Positions 52,263 through 64,000 of a stretch of 64,000 nucleotides of DNA are shown here, one piece after another. Positions within the stretch are counted from its first letter, which is position 1, and each line of letters starts with the position of its first letter. The translations under genes and the position numbers were made by a program. Where the stretch lies: positions 94,426,001 to 94,490,000 of the forward strand of contig OX597817.1 in assembly GCA_951406725.2 (NCBI GenBank), written 5' to 3'. The DNA is from Octopus vulgaris. Taxonomy: Eukaryota. Under the pieces are notes generated by a model. That model saw nothing but the letters and a program-made list of their open reading frames with translations, was not told where the DNA came from and made no database searches.

Positions 52263-54004
52263 CACCCACAGTGAAATGAAAATTTGCGAAAGTTTAGTCT
52301 AGGAAATGAAAATCAATTGAGACGAAAGCTTTGGTTATTTCATTTATAAATAATTTTATTGATTTCTGATTTAAGCAGACAGATACAGCTGGTCGTGCCT
52401 ATAGGTGGATTACAAACGGTTAGGGTGATGCATCCTATTCTATCACTGACTACTGGGCTGCGTAAAATTACCCATTTCCTTTGGACAGGCAAACAATCAC
52501 GAGTTCACAAAGACCCAGCTAGGTGATCCTTGAAACATATTAGAAACAGCAACCAAATTTCTCTCAAATCACAAACCACTTAAAAAGTGTCAAGGGTATA
52601 TATCATTCGACATATACCAAGATAGTTCAGATAATTATGGGTAGAATATCTTTGATAAAAGTTCTCTAATTCAGGATTGACCTGGAGCTTAGCAGTCTCA
52701 TTCACGCTGGTTTCGCGGATTCCCATAACTCTCTGTAACCACCCAATTCCATTAATATAAATTCGAATTGGGAGCTTGAGTCATAGTGTATTTTCCTTTT
52801 GCTAATTACACAACTATGGATGCCACCCATATGGTTGCAGTTACTCTCCTGATATGATTCCCTTCGCTCAGCATCACTGTAAGAAGCATCATTGGCTCAG
52901 TTGAGCTCTTCTGCTACATCTTCACAATCCGCCATGCTGCAGTCCCATGACTTTGCTGTGTCCCTGGCAGGGTGGCTGAACTGGTGCTATGCCTTGCCAA
53001 AGGGAAGGCCGTAATGATGCAGGGCACGCCGTGAGGTATTTTCAAAATACTCGCATATCCTGCAAAGCAATAACACATGAACAAATCCAGCTAACATTTA
53101 ATCAGAGAAAACCCAAGAGGAGAAATTGTATCATATCGACGGAAGAATGGAAATCCAATGCGAGAACAGATGTTGTTGTTATTGTTGCTGCTACTGCTAC
53201 TGTTGTGTTGTTGATGTTACTATTACTGCCGCTGTCTTTGTTATTTAATCTCAGGTATAGAATTTCCAAACATTTATTTAATGCAGGTATTCGACCCAAC
53301 AGTGACATTTAATCTTTATTTAGACATTAATCATGCAGACTTACTATTCTAATATGTTTTATTTTATTTTCTAAAGACAGTATGATGTGATATGTTAAGT
53401 TTGGCAGGTCACTCGGTGATGTAATGGGTGACGGCTTTGGTTCGTTAAGGAAACTGAGGTAAACATGTGTAGATTAATACCTACGCAGAGGGGGATGTTA
53501 ACATTCAGATCTTTTCTGTGGGCGGTAGGGTTGAATGAAGTACTTTGGGTGTGAGAAACTATATATATGTAGAAGTTACAGCCCGATATGTTATCTATAA
53601 TCGTAAAACTTAAGAGTAATTCAAATTCAATATTTTCTTGAAACAATAAATTTCTATAGAGATTTAAATTCCAATCGATGAAAAGTTTTTGTTGTGCACT
53701 CCACTATCGTTATTTGATTGCTGTTATTCTGTGCGTCTGTGTGTAAAGATTAGTTGTGTTTTTGGAAGGTTGCTTTATTTTTACCCTTAACTTAGAAATG
53801 GAGAAAGACAGAGTGCTAGATATAAAAAAAATAAGTCATTTGGATCGAGAAATATTGCAGAAAAACGTGAATTTCTTTGAGCAGGAATGTGTCTTATGCG
53901 GATTGTGATGAGCCCGAGTGACGAAATCTGTGATGAGCCCGAGTGATGCTGATGATCTAGAGTCGGGTCTGATACATGTTCGACCTCTGAAATCTACAAG
54001 TTTT

Positions 54005-54153
54005 TTTTCATTCTCTCTCTATTTTCTCTTATTCCTTTCTGTTCAAAAGCGTAGGCTCGAAACGTAAAAGACTTTTTCCCGAGCCTCCAAAATAATACAC
54101 TTGTTTCTTGTTCATAAACCTGTCTTCATATCTGTTTTTCTATACATTTTAAG

Positions 54154-54155
<2 letters not shown>
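54005..54155 (+). mobile_element. Solo pseudo-LTR of the Neptune-type family with decayed hammerhead (54035-54070)
   Basis: ctgttcaaaagcgtaggctcgaaacgtaaaagac; ends at (TA)n. Confidence 0.7.
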
Positions 54156-54184
<29 letters not shown>

Positions 54185-54228
54185 TCATATAAATGCACAC
54201 ACACATATTTATATACATACACACACAC

Positions 54229-54266
<38 letters not shown>

Positions 54267-54298
54267 TCATATAAATGCACACACATATTTATATACAT

Positions 54299-54354
<56 letters not shown>

Positions 54355-54362
<8 letters not shown>

Positions 54363-54628
54363 ATCGACCAGATCGCTGGTCACAATGCGTTCGCATTGTT
54401 TTAGCCTTCGAACGACGCCACCCCGCTGGCTAAGCGAGCAGGCCAACAGAAGAAAGTGGGAGAAAGAGGGGTGAAAGAGTACAGCAGGGATCACCACCCC
54501 CTGTCGGAGCCTCGTGGAGCTTTTAGGTGTTTTCGCTCAATAAACACACACAACGCCCGGTCTGGGAATCGAAACCGCGATCCTCCGACTGCGAGTACGC
54601 TGCCCTAACCACTGGGCCATTGCGCCTC

Positions 54629-54630
<2 letters not shown>
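54355..54630 (-). mobile_element. tRNA-derived SINE
   Basis: Minus strand GGAGGCGCAATGGCCCAGTGGTTAGGGCAGCG...GGTTTCGATTCCC (A and B boxes); ends at (TA)n. Confidence 0.85.
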
Positions 54631-54677
<47 letters not shown>

Positions 54678-54819
54678 GTGCGTGTGTGTGTGTGTGTGTG
54701 TGGAGGCGCAATGGCCCAGACCGGAGTAAACACATAAATGTGAAACAAGGTGGAAAAAAAGAGTACTCAAATACCAGTGGTAGAGTAATATGCTTTATTT
54801 AAAGCAGCAGAAAATTCAA

Positions 54820-54869
54820 CAAAATCTGTTACTCTGAGTTTCTCGTTGCCGTTCATCAGACAGTTTTTG
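54820..54869 (-). ncRNA. Type I hammerhead ribozyme in a PLE pseudo-LTR remnant (~54720-54960)
   Basis: Minus strand: caaaaactgt-CTGATGA-a cg gcaa cg a-GAAAC-tcaga-GTA-acagattttg. Stem I 9 of 10 pairs; stem III actc/gagt; AATAAA ~20 nt downstream; closing pair of stem II mismatched. Confidence 0.78.
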
Positions 54870-55520
54870 TTAGAATGGAACCGATATATCAATTCAATCC
54901 AGACTCTTACAAACGCTACACCTTTAAAAAATGGACTTGTTTGATTGGCCCTTTAGAAATAACGGTCAATCTTCGAGCGATAAACAAAAAAATGAGCTCA
55001 AAAATATATATGTATATATATATATAAAAAAATTATAAAAATTATAAAAATTATAAAAATTATAAAATTCGAGGAAAAAACCTTACATTGAATAAAATAC
55101 ATATTGACGTTAATGAAGGAAATATAATTAATGCATAGAAATTAAAACGCATTATAAATATTACACTGCAATACATATTCATATTAAAGTGTACATATAT
55201 ATATTAACATACACAGAAGGATGCGTGCAAACACCATACATATACAGACGTATAAATATAAATCTAAAATATACACACAACTGCATGCATACATATGTGT
55301 ACGCAATCTATCTCGCACGCAAGTTAAAATCATCGATGCTAATGTAGCGTTTCTTATTTACGGAGCAAAGCTTATGTGAGGGGGACGTAAAGTTGTATGC
55401 ACCAGTATCAGTTAGAGAATAAAACGAAAGAAAGGAAGAGAGAGAAAAAGGAACGAAGAAGGGGGAAGGAAAAAAGAAAAAGGAGGGGTGGGGGAAAAAA
55501 ACGAAATAAGAAAAATTATG

Positions 55521-55556
<36 letters not shown>

Positions 55557-55565
55557 TACATACAT

Positions 55566-55633
<68 letters not shown>

Positions 55634-57109
55634 GCATAAATACATACGTATATGTACATACTTACATTTATACGTATATATATAAGCATAGGTGGGCACA
55701 GGACGTCATGAAACATGTACAACAAAAAAGTATGAAGCACGATTAAATGGAACACGAACTATTCTTTCGAACAACGAAAGACACAAACAACATAAAGAAC
55801 GACCATTCATCAGTTCTTGGCTGTTTTTTAGTCTCGTATATCGAGCATTTAACAACAATATATGCTTTCGATAAAACAGTTGCTCCCGCAAAGCAAATTA
55901 AATAAAATATGGGATTTTTCGAACGCAATGCATCCTCTTCCAAGTAAGTTTTATCATATATATCATTTATATGTGATTGTATATTTAAATATATACATAT
56001 ATATATACATATATATATATGCTTATACATATGCATTTACACACACATATATATATATATATACATACGTACATACATACATACATAAATATATATATAT
56101 ATATATTTCATTTATACACACACGCATACGTACGCGCCCACACGCACACACACATGTATGTATGTATGTATGTATGTACCTATAGACATATATATATATA
56201 TAAGTAAGAGAAAGAGTTGAATGAGAGGGATGTTTTGGATGCCTGGTCAATTGTTACTTCATAAAAGCGGGAATGTAGTAATAACGCTTGAAATAAGTGT
56301 GAAAGGGCAAAACACATCATTAATTAATTAATTATGTCGGCGATTGAAGATCTGCCGAAGGAATGGGTGGGTTTCCTTTAGCTGTAGTCTAGACTTTGTG
56401 TGTGTGTGTGCGCCCGCGCGAATGCGCGTTCAAGTGGAAGTTACCTCGTCCTAGATATGTAAGCAATACCACTGTATTGTTACTCAAATATACAATCCTG
56501 TAGAGTCAACAGTTATTCAACGTTGACGTATTGTGTGGTTCTAGGGTAGAAGTGTTGCCTTTGGCTTGTAGCTTTACCTAATACATATGTGTAGGTGTGT
56601 ATATGTGCGAGTATGTGTGTGTCAGAGAGAATTGTATACAAAGAGAGATGTTAGAGAAAGATATGAAAAAAATAAATGAGACAGAGCGGGAGATGATGCC
56701 AAACATATGAAAAAGAAAGAGGAACAAGACTGACAGAGAGGCAGACAGCAAAATTAAGTAGAAAGTGAGGAAGAAGCCAGCCAGAACAGCATGTGGAAAG
56801 TGAATGGTACAAGATATTGCTATAACAATATGGTGGTTTACTATTTCCCACTTGCTTCTATTTCCCTCCATTTATTTAGCTATTGACCCATGTCAGCTTG
56901 TTTAGGTTAGCTTCATTGAACCATGACAGGCTAACTTGCTGAACACGCATATACAGTGTTAGCTGTAGGAATGTATTACATCTTGGTTAGATATTATGTC
57001 ACAATTGATTTCCTTTCAGTATTTTCTGTTTAGAGGTTCAAAGGAAATAGTTTTCTTAGTCTATCGTCTTGCTGTATAAGCCTCAGAGAGAAATAAGGAT
57101 ATATACATG

Positions 57110-57165
<56 letters not shown>

Positions 57166-57232
57166 TATATACAGACACACATATATATGCTTGTATATAT
57201 ACATATATACATACATATATATACATGCATAC

Positions 57233-57366
<134 letters not shown>

Positions 57367-57439
57367 GATACCGGTTGTAAGAATGGATATTCTTATTCCT
57401 TAGACGGATATTCCAACTGCTAACTGTCTACCTTTATAC

Positions 57440-57472
<33 letters not shown>

Positions 57473-58123
57473 CTCAGAATTAATGACGTGTTAACTGTAT
57501 ATCGTTTCGTTACTAAGGAGCATATCTATAGGTTCTGTTTTTTGGGTTTTTTTACACTGTGTTATGATTATTGGAAAACACATCGTCGCTTCATGTCTGC
57601 GAACAGAAAAAGGCAGAACAGTAGCACATGAGTTTCGATTTTTTGTAAGAGCTCTCGTCAACAGCTGCGCATAAATTCATTAGAATTTCAAGTAAACTGA
57701 TTAAAATAATTTCCATATTTAGACCTTTTGTAATAGCGAGATTAAACATTAGAAATATATCAATGGTTTCATGAAAACATTTGCGCAAATGTTCAGTCGT
57801 AGTTTGAATATTTCAAATGATTCTCTGAAGCAGCTCGTTTCCAGTAATGAAAATTTCATCTCAAGTTTTTGCCTTATTTTGTGTTCTAACATCGGATGGA
57901 CATATTTTACATCCATACAAAACAATTCATGACATTATTAGTGATTATGATATAACAATGAAATAAGAAAATTTTCATTTATTTCGAGATTTAAGCAGTA
58001 AAAATCTATTTGACGAGAATTTCAAATCTACAAAGATAATCTACTCTATATTGAATACACACAAACACGCGCGCGCACACACGCACACACACAAACACAC
58101 ACAAAGCACACACACACACACAC

Positions 58124-58174
<51 letters not shown>

Positions 58175-58175
<1 letters not shown>

Positions 58176-58380
58176 ATTATTCGTTATTTTGCATAGTTCA
58201 GCGGATGAAATAACGACAAGGGCCACGAGTTCAGCTCGTGAAAATTTCCAAATTATTTAGATCTACCACTCGAAAATATTTTCAATACAAATTCAATTAT
58301 TCTGGCTATACAAGTTTATATCAAAATAATGGGAGGTATGTCACGCTGATGCATTCTTTTATTACTTTTCAACTTATTTT
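58175..58380 (+). repeat. Old dispersed repeat, second copy at ~61435-61635
   Basis: Shared aagggccacgagtt...tttccaaatt...atacaaat...gtatgtcac blocks. Confidence 0.6.
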
Positions 58381-58741
58381 TTAAAGATGGCGTCATTTTT
58401 GACATCTATGGTTTACTACCATATGTATATAATTAATATGTATTAGTACATATGTGTGTATGTGCGTGTGTATGTGTGTACGTGTTTGTGTGTATCTGCG
58501 TGTGTATATTTATGAAGATAGATCGACAGTTAGATTAACAGACAGACAGACAAACAGACAGATAGATAGATAGATATTTAGACAGATAACATTAAATTAG
58601 GAATCCTCTGGTGTGAATTGCAATTTAGGGAAAAGTATTGAATACTGAATTGAACGGAATAAGAACTATCTTTGTATCTCCATCTCTATTGTCTCCCTTT
58701 CTCCCTCTCCCTCTCCCTCTGGCTCTCTCTCTTTCTCCCTC

Positions 58742-58826
<85 letters not shown>

Positions 58827-59272
58827 TACTTATTCTGACACTCTTTCTCTGATATTCTCACTTTTACTATTTTACTATTTAAATAGCATCCATTCGACCG
58901 TTTTCTCGGGCTACCCTTTCCGTTCTTTCTCTCTCCTTTTCCTTTCTGCATTCCTTCCTTCGATTTTTGGCGATTTCTCTCTCTTCTCTCTGTTCCTGTC
59001 CAGTCTCTCTCTTTCCCTGCCTCGCTCACTTTTTCTCATTAGTTCGCTCTCCTCATTAGTTTTCTATGCATTTCTCTCCATCATTTTCTCTTTTTTCTTA
59101 ATCTTTCTCGTTCATTCCTATTCTCACCTTTCCCTGCCTCTGAATTTCTCTCAATATCTATATATATGCATGTGTATGTATATACATGTAGTTGTTTACA
59201 CACCTGTCTTCGTCTTTTGTTTTTTTGTAAATTTTCACTATATACATGTATGTATTTATGTATGTATGTATG

Positions 59273-59305
<33 letters not shown>

Positions 59306-59332
59306 TTGTATGTATGTATGTATGAATGAATA

Positions 59333-59632
59333 AGGGCGCATGGCCTAGAGGTTAGATGACACTCAAGATCGCGAGATATTGGTTCCAATTCCTGGACAGG
59401 ATGGTGCTTTGTTTTCTTGAGCAACGCGCTTCATCTCACAATACTCTGCGATCACTTCGAAACCTGATGCGTGGAACACCGTGCGCTCGTTTAGGCAACG
59501 TCGATATGATAGAGGGAATGTGCTATTGTATACATCACATACATTTGATCACAATAAACAAGTCATTTGTGCAGGTTTATTTAGCATGATATTGCAGAAC
59601 CGCCTTTGTCGGACGACAAGAAACTACCATCA
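59333..59632 (+). mobile_element. Degenerate tRNA-derived SINE
   Basis: ggcgcatggcctagaggttag (A box), ggttccaattcc (B box), ttcttgagcaa segment. Confidence 0.7.
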
Positions 59633-59829
59633 TGTATGTATATATAACGATGGCAAGATGACTGAACTGCCAGCATGAGAGCATTGGTGTATACACACAT
59701 ACACACACACACACATCCATATATATATATATACATACACACATACACACACATACATACACACATATATATACATATACACATGCACTTACGGGTTAGC
59801 TCTTGTTTATTTGATATGTCAAGTCATTT

Positions 59830-60270
59830 TTATAAAATTTCTGATTTGGGGAAAGCTAAACGTTTTTACCAATGTTTTCCATCCTTCTAAGTTTTAGGCC
59901 TTTTGTTAATCACTTCAACCCAGTCCACATCCCAATATCTTCGAATCAGTTTTCTCTTAGTCGCCTGCTTTTACTTGCAATTTTCGTAAACACAATCGTA
60001 TTTGCAAGTCACTCAGCATTCCTCATCTGTGATCCAAACCATTGCATTTTTCATCTTACTGTTTCCACAACTAATTCATCAGCTTGATCTAAAAATGATT
60101 GGTTGGTCAAGAAGCCCTTTCAAATAAGGCCAAGAAATATGTGAAAACATCTCAAGGAATACTGACAATTTCATGTCCATGTTTGAACATGAAATATAGC
60201 CAAATTTTATATCCATGCAAAACATTCGATGACAACATTAGTGATCAACATATATCAATAAAATTAGAAA
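59830..60270 (-). mobile_element. Decayed RTE-like LINE 3' fragment
   Basis: MQWFGSQMR...LANTI...FEDIGMWTGL resembles the WFGHVxR...W.DDI..WTG C-terminus of RTE-clade ORFs. Confidence 0.5.
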
Positions 60271-60375
60271 TCGTCCCCACTTCGAGATGGAAGCTGCAAA
60301 AATCAATTCGCTCAAAATTTCAAATTTGCTAAACTACTTTATTCTCGATTGAATTCACTCACTCACGCACAATCA

Positions 60376-60454
<79 letters not shown>

Positions 60455-60469
60455 TTACACATACATATT

Positions 60470-60660
60470 CTTTTATTCTTTTACTTGTTTCAATCATTTG
60501 ACTACGGCCATGCTGGAGCATCACCTTTAGTCGAACAAATCGACCCCAGGGCTTATTCTATCGCTCTCTTTTACCGAACTTCTAAGTTACGATCACGTAA
60601 ACGCATCAACATCGGTATCAAGCGATGGGTGGAGGGCAAACACAGACATACAAATACATG
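60470..60660. repeat. Dispersed SINE-like repeat; start of a second copy at 63958-64000
   Basis: tcttttacttgttt(c/a)a(a/g)tcatttgact(a/g)cggccat present at both sites. Confidence 0.65.
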
Positions 60661-61025
60661 CTTATATATATATATTATAAATTAATATGTTCCCAATATC
60701 GTGTTGATATTTGCCGTGCAGTTCGACAAATTATATTTTTGACGTACTCTACTGAAGATTCGAAGATATTATGTAAGTAAAATTGCATAATTTATTAACG
60801 ATGAAACAATTGTATAGGGTTAATCTATATTTTCGTTATTTTTCATTTGTCCTGCTCGCTTACGTTCTTGGTGTGTTGAATTATTTCTTGAGAACAATTC
60901 TTAGTGGTGGATTCCCTTTGCGGATCTATATCTAGCGTAAGAGCGTCCACATAGTGGATTCTCTCTTATAGTTGTGTATATATATAAGCATGTATTATGC
61001 TTATATATATATAAGCATGTATTAT

Positions 61026-61213
61026 GTTGGCGATTTTTTTCCTCTGTCTTCCTTTCTCTGGATCTTTCCCTCTCCTATGTTTCCGACGAAGAGCTCCGCT
61101 CGAAACGTTAAACCCTCCTTCCTTCCTTCTTTCCTGAGCGTCCAATAACACTATATTTGTTTCACGTCCTCCCGTTGTTGTGTCTTTTTGTGCTTTCTTG
61201 TTTAGATTAACTT

Positions 61214-61215
<2 letters not shown>
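61026..61215 (+). mobile_element. Solo PLE pseudo-LTR with minimal hammerhead variant at 61079-61113
   Basis: gttt-CCGACGA-a-gagc tcc gctc-GAAAC-GTT-aaac; ends at (TA)n. Confidence 0.7.
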
Positions 61216-61246
<31 letters not shown>

Positions 61247-61256
61247 TATATATACA

Positions 61257-61420
61257 CGATGGACTGCTTTCAGTTTCCATTCAGCAAATCCACTCACAAG
61301 GCTCTGATCGGCCCGAGGCTATAGTAGAAGACACTTGCCTAAGTTGCCATGCAGTGGGACTGAACCCGGAACCATGTAGTTGGGAAGCAAGCTTCTTACC
61401 ACACTGTCACACCTCCGCCT
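61257..61420 (-). mobile_element. tRNA-derived SINE 5' portion
   Basis: Minus strand GGCGGAGGTGTGACAGTGTGGTAAGAAGC...GGGTTCAGTCCC, then ggcaagtgtcttctactatagcc. Confidence 0.75.
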
Positions 61421-61869
61421 TTGTATATTTTTAATAATTAATTATTTCGCGTAGTTCAATGATTCAAGTAACGAAAAGGGCCACGAGTTTGGCATTATTT
61501 AGAATGGAAGTTTCCAAATTCTTTAGGTTCAGTCATTGAAACTATTTTCTATACAAATCTAATTATTCTTAGTGTACAAATCTATATCAAAGTAATGGAA
61601 AGTATGTCACACTGAGGTATTTATCTATTACATTTCTTTCTTTGTGACATTCTGATTCTTCTTTTGTCCCTCACATGCTTTTATTCTCTTAATATTTTCC
61701 TACCTTTCTTTCTAAAGTCCTTTCTCTCTCTCTCTATCTCTCTCACACACACACACACTCTCTCTCTACCTCCCCCTCTCTCTCTATCTTTTTACAGACA
61801 CACACATACCCTGTTTTGATCAATAAATATCCGGACTGTTGCCATAGTAACGAGGTTAAAGCGCGTAGA

Positions 61870-63760
61870 GTGAAGCTGCTTGGCACAGATTGACCTTGAA
61901 CTCCGTTGTGCATGCAGACTAAATAATATATCTAAGACTTCAAACATTTTGTCACCCCCATATTTCAAGAATTCTGCAGACTTATTGTTATTCAGCTTAT
62001 TCACTTGGTTCAAATGTCATCTCTTCTATAACTGGATGGTCTATTCAAAAGTGCAGAAAAATGTTCTATTCAGCGCTTATAAATAGAAGCGGTGTCAGTT
62101 AGAAGCAAACGAGCTATCGAAGAAGATTTTGGGCTGTATAACTCCTTAACATAAGAGTACAAACCCTAGGCCTCATTTCTAGAAGCTGCTTCTTGTGCCC
62201 CTTTTGCTCTATCATTCCACCATTCCTGTTCAATTTTCCTTAGAGCAGACTGCACTTTCCTTTTCAGCTTTGTGTAAGCTTCGTTTGCGTTAGGGTTCAA
62301 GGGCCGAGAAAGGAGAGTATTGCCTAAGTTTTGTTTTTCTAAAAGTAGATCATAAATTTCTGCTGATCTATCTGAGAACTAGTCACTGGACCTACGTGAT
62401 ATAAATCCCATTGACGAACTTGCAGTCTGAAATACGTTTGTCTTGAAATCTTCCCATAGATTGTTTGGGTCAAGATTGATACTTTCTATAGCATCGTGGA
62501 ATCTTTGTAAGTTGCTTGATAATTTAAAGTTTGCAATATTTAACTTTTTGGGTACCTTAGGACCAGACTGTCAAAAATTCTATTTTTCTACGCACCCTCT
62601 GTCCTCTCATGACCCGAACGCTAGAGACGTCTTTCATATCACGTTTTCTGATCAGAATATAATCTATGAGATGCCAGTTCTTAGATCTTGGGTACATCCA
62701 GGTGGTTTTATATTTATTTTTCTGCTTAAACAGAGCTACTCCATTTTTATTGTATTTTCCAATCCCATGTCGACCTAAAATAGGCCATAAAACACAGTCC
62801 TTTCCATCTCTTGCATTGAAATCTCCCAATATGACCAGCTTGTCAGAAATTGGTACTTTCCTCAATAATTGTGCAAGATCATCATAAAACTGTCCTACAG
62901 TTTCATCAGAATGGGGCATTGTTGGTTCACAAATACTGACAACGGTAAGAAACCTACATTTTTGTCAGTTTACTACAGCGTGACATGATCCGTTCAGATA
63001 TACCACTTGGAAGCTCTACAATGGCGGATACTAATGTATTCTTAAGAGGAAACCCAGCACCAGACTCTCTATGCTGACCCTTAGGCAGGCCTCTCCAAAA
63101 ATAGGTACGTTCATTTACTTGACCTTCACCAGAGAGACGAGTTTCAGAGAGCGCAACTATATCAAGGGAATATTTCTTAAGCTAACATGCAATAAGTGCA
63201 GTACACCTTTCTGGCCTCTTGCTAAAATTATCAAGAAGTATGCGCACATTCCAACACCCAAATTCAAAGGATGTTTATTTTTACTTTTTCTTGAAGATTG
63301 TTTGACCACAGTGGCAGGATGACGACCGGGCTCAGCCTGTGATATACTGGGACACCTGTCGAGCCAGACATGTTCCCCTACGGTTCTCAAGCCTTTTTTG
63401 CTATTTACTGAATCTGTTTGAGACATTTTAGAGCAAGTTACAAGTGCATTTTTAGGTTTCTGCCAACCGACCATTTCAATGATTTTACTAAGATTTGGCA
63501 TACAGGAAGTACCTGTGCAGATGAATAATTTTCAGTGGATGTAGCTTGCACTGCATTACCCCCACCTAATGGCTCAAGAAGACTTTCGCCGGTGTGACAT
63601 GAAAATTGACAAAACCAAGGACTTCCAAGGCCTCAGGTTTTATTTCGGAGATTTCCTTCTCCTAGGTAGATTACCAACCAAGGTTAGAGAGCTTCTATCT
63701 GCCCATGAGGTAAGCTATCGTATTCCAGACACCATACCGACACTCAGACACTCTATAAAG
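61870..63760 (-). mobile_element. RTE-clade LINE 5' part (APE endonuclease), degenerate
   Basis: FYDDLAQLL...LVILGDFNAR...GRHGIG...TTWMYPRSKNWHLIDYILIRKRD; downstream NNKSAEFLKYGG (pre-RT region); RT absent; upstream boundary approximate. Confidence 0.85.
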
Positions 63761-64000
63761 TGATCAAATATCACTCCGGTGACCGACGCGCAGTAGCTCA
63801 TTCATACATAAGAAAAAGAAAAGAAAAGTACTATATGGGATGTGCAAATGTAAATAAGAATTAAATATGAATAATATATATATATAAATATAAAAAGTAA
63901 AAGATAGGCAAGTGAAAAATATAAAGTAAGACTTAACTATAAATAATATACTATTTACTCCTTACTCTTTTACTTGTTTAAGTCATTTGACTGCGGCCAT

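Noticed and set aside
53904-53995. gtgatgagcccgagtgacgaaa duplicated, superficially hammerhead-like
   Set aside because: Stems II and III do not close and there is no NUH site with a stem I.
55695-55960. Repeat containing CTGATGA on the minus strand
   Set aside because: Could not fold a hammerhead; family not identifiable.
56899-56945. Imperfect ~18-bp hairpin, possible pre-miRNA
   Set aside because: Short, bulged and G-U rich; no recognised mature miRNA.

Overview
AT-rich, microsatellite-saturated animal genomic DNA. The SINE and LINE families look cephalopod/octopus-like, but that is an inference. No host protein-coding gene can be supported; nearly all short ORFs in the track are microsatellite artefacts. 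The window is a transposon graveyard. Main contents: (1) a near-complete Penelope-like element (PLE) of Naiad type at 14463-17048 (RT + GIY-YIG, two frameshifts, long Asn-rich inserts); (2) a full-length 6.38-kb Helitron at 24423-30802 with intact termini, eight 23-aa STPR-type repeats, and a ~99% identical copy of its own helicase 3' end inside its 5' UTR; (3) a Neptune-type PLE fragment, R4/Dong-like, Tx1/L1 and RTE LINE remnants, Tc1/mariner remnants, hAT MITEs and tRNA-derived SINEs. The strongest hidden signal is about ten type I hammerhead-ribozyme motifs from at least seven unrelated sequence families. Three have an intact core with a full stem I and one shows an A3-U8 compensatory core. 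Most sit in short PLE-terminus-like segments abutting (TA)n tracts, and several of these are joined to foldback (inverted) duplications. All coordinates were read by eye; no searches or folding programs were run.
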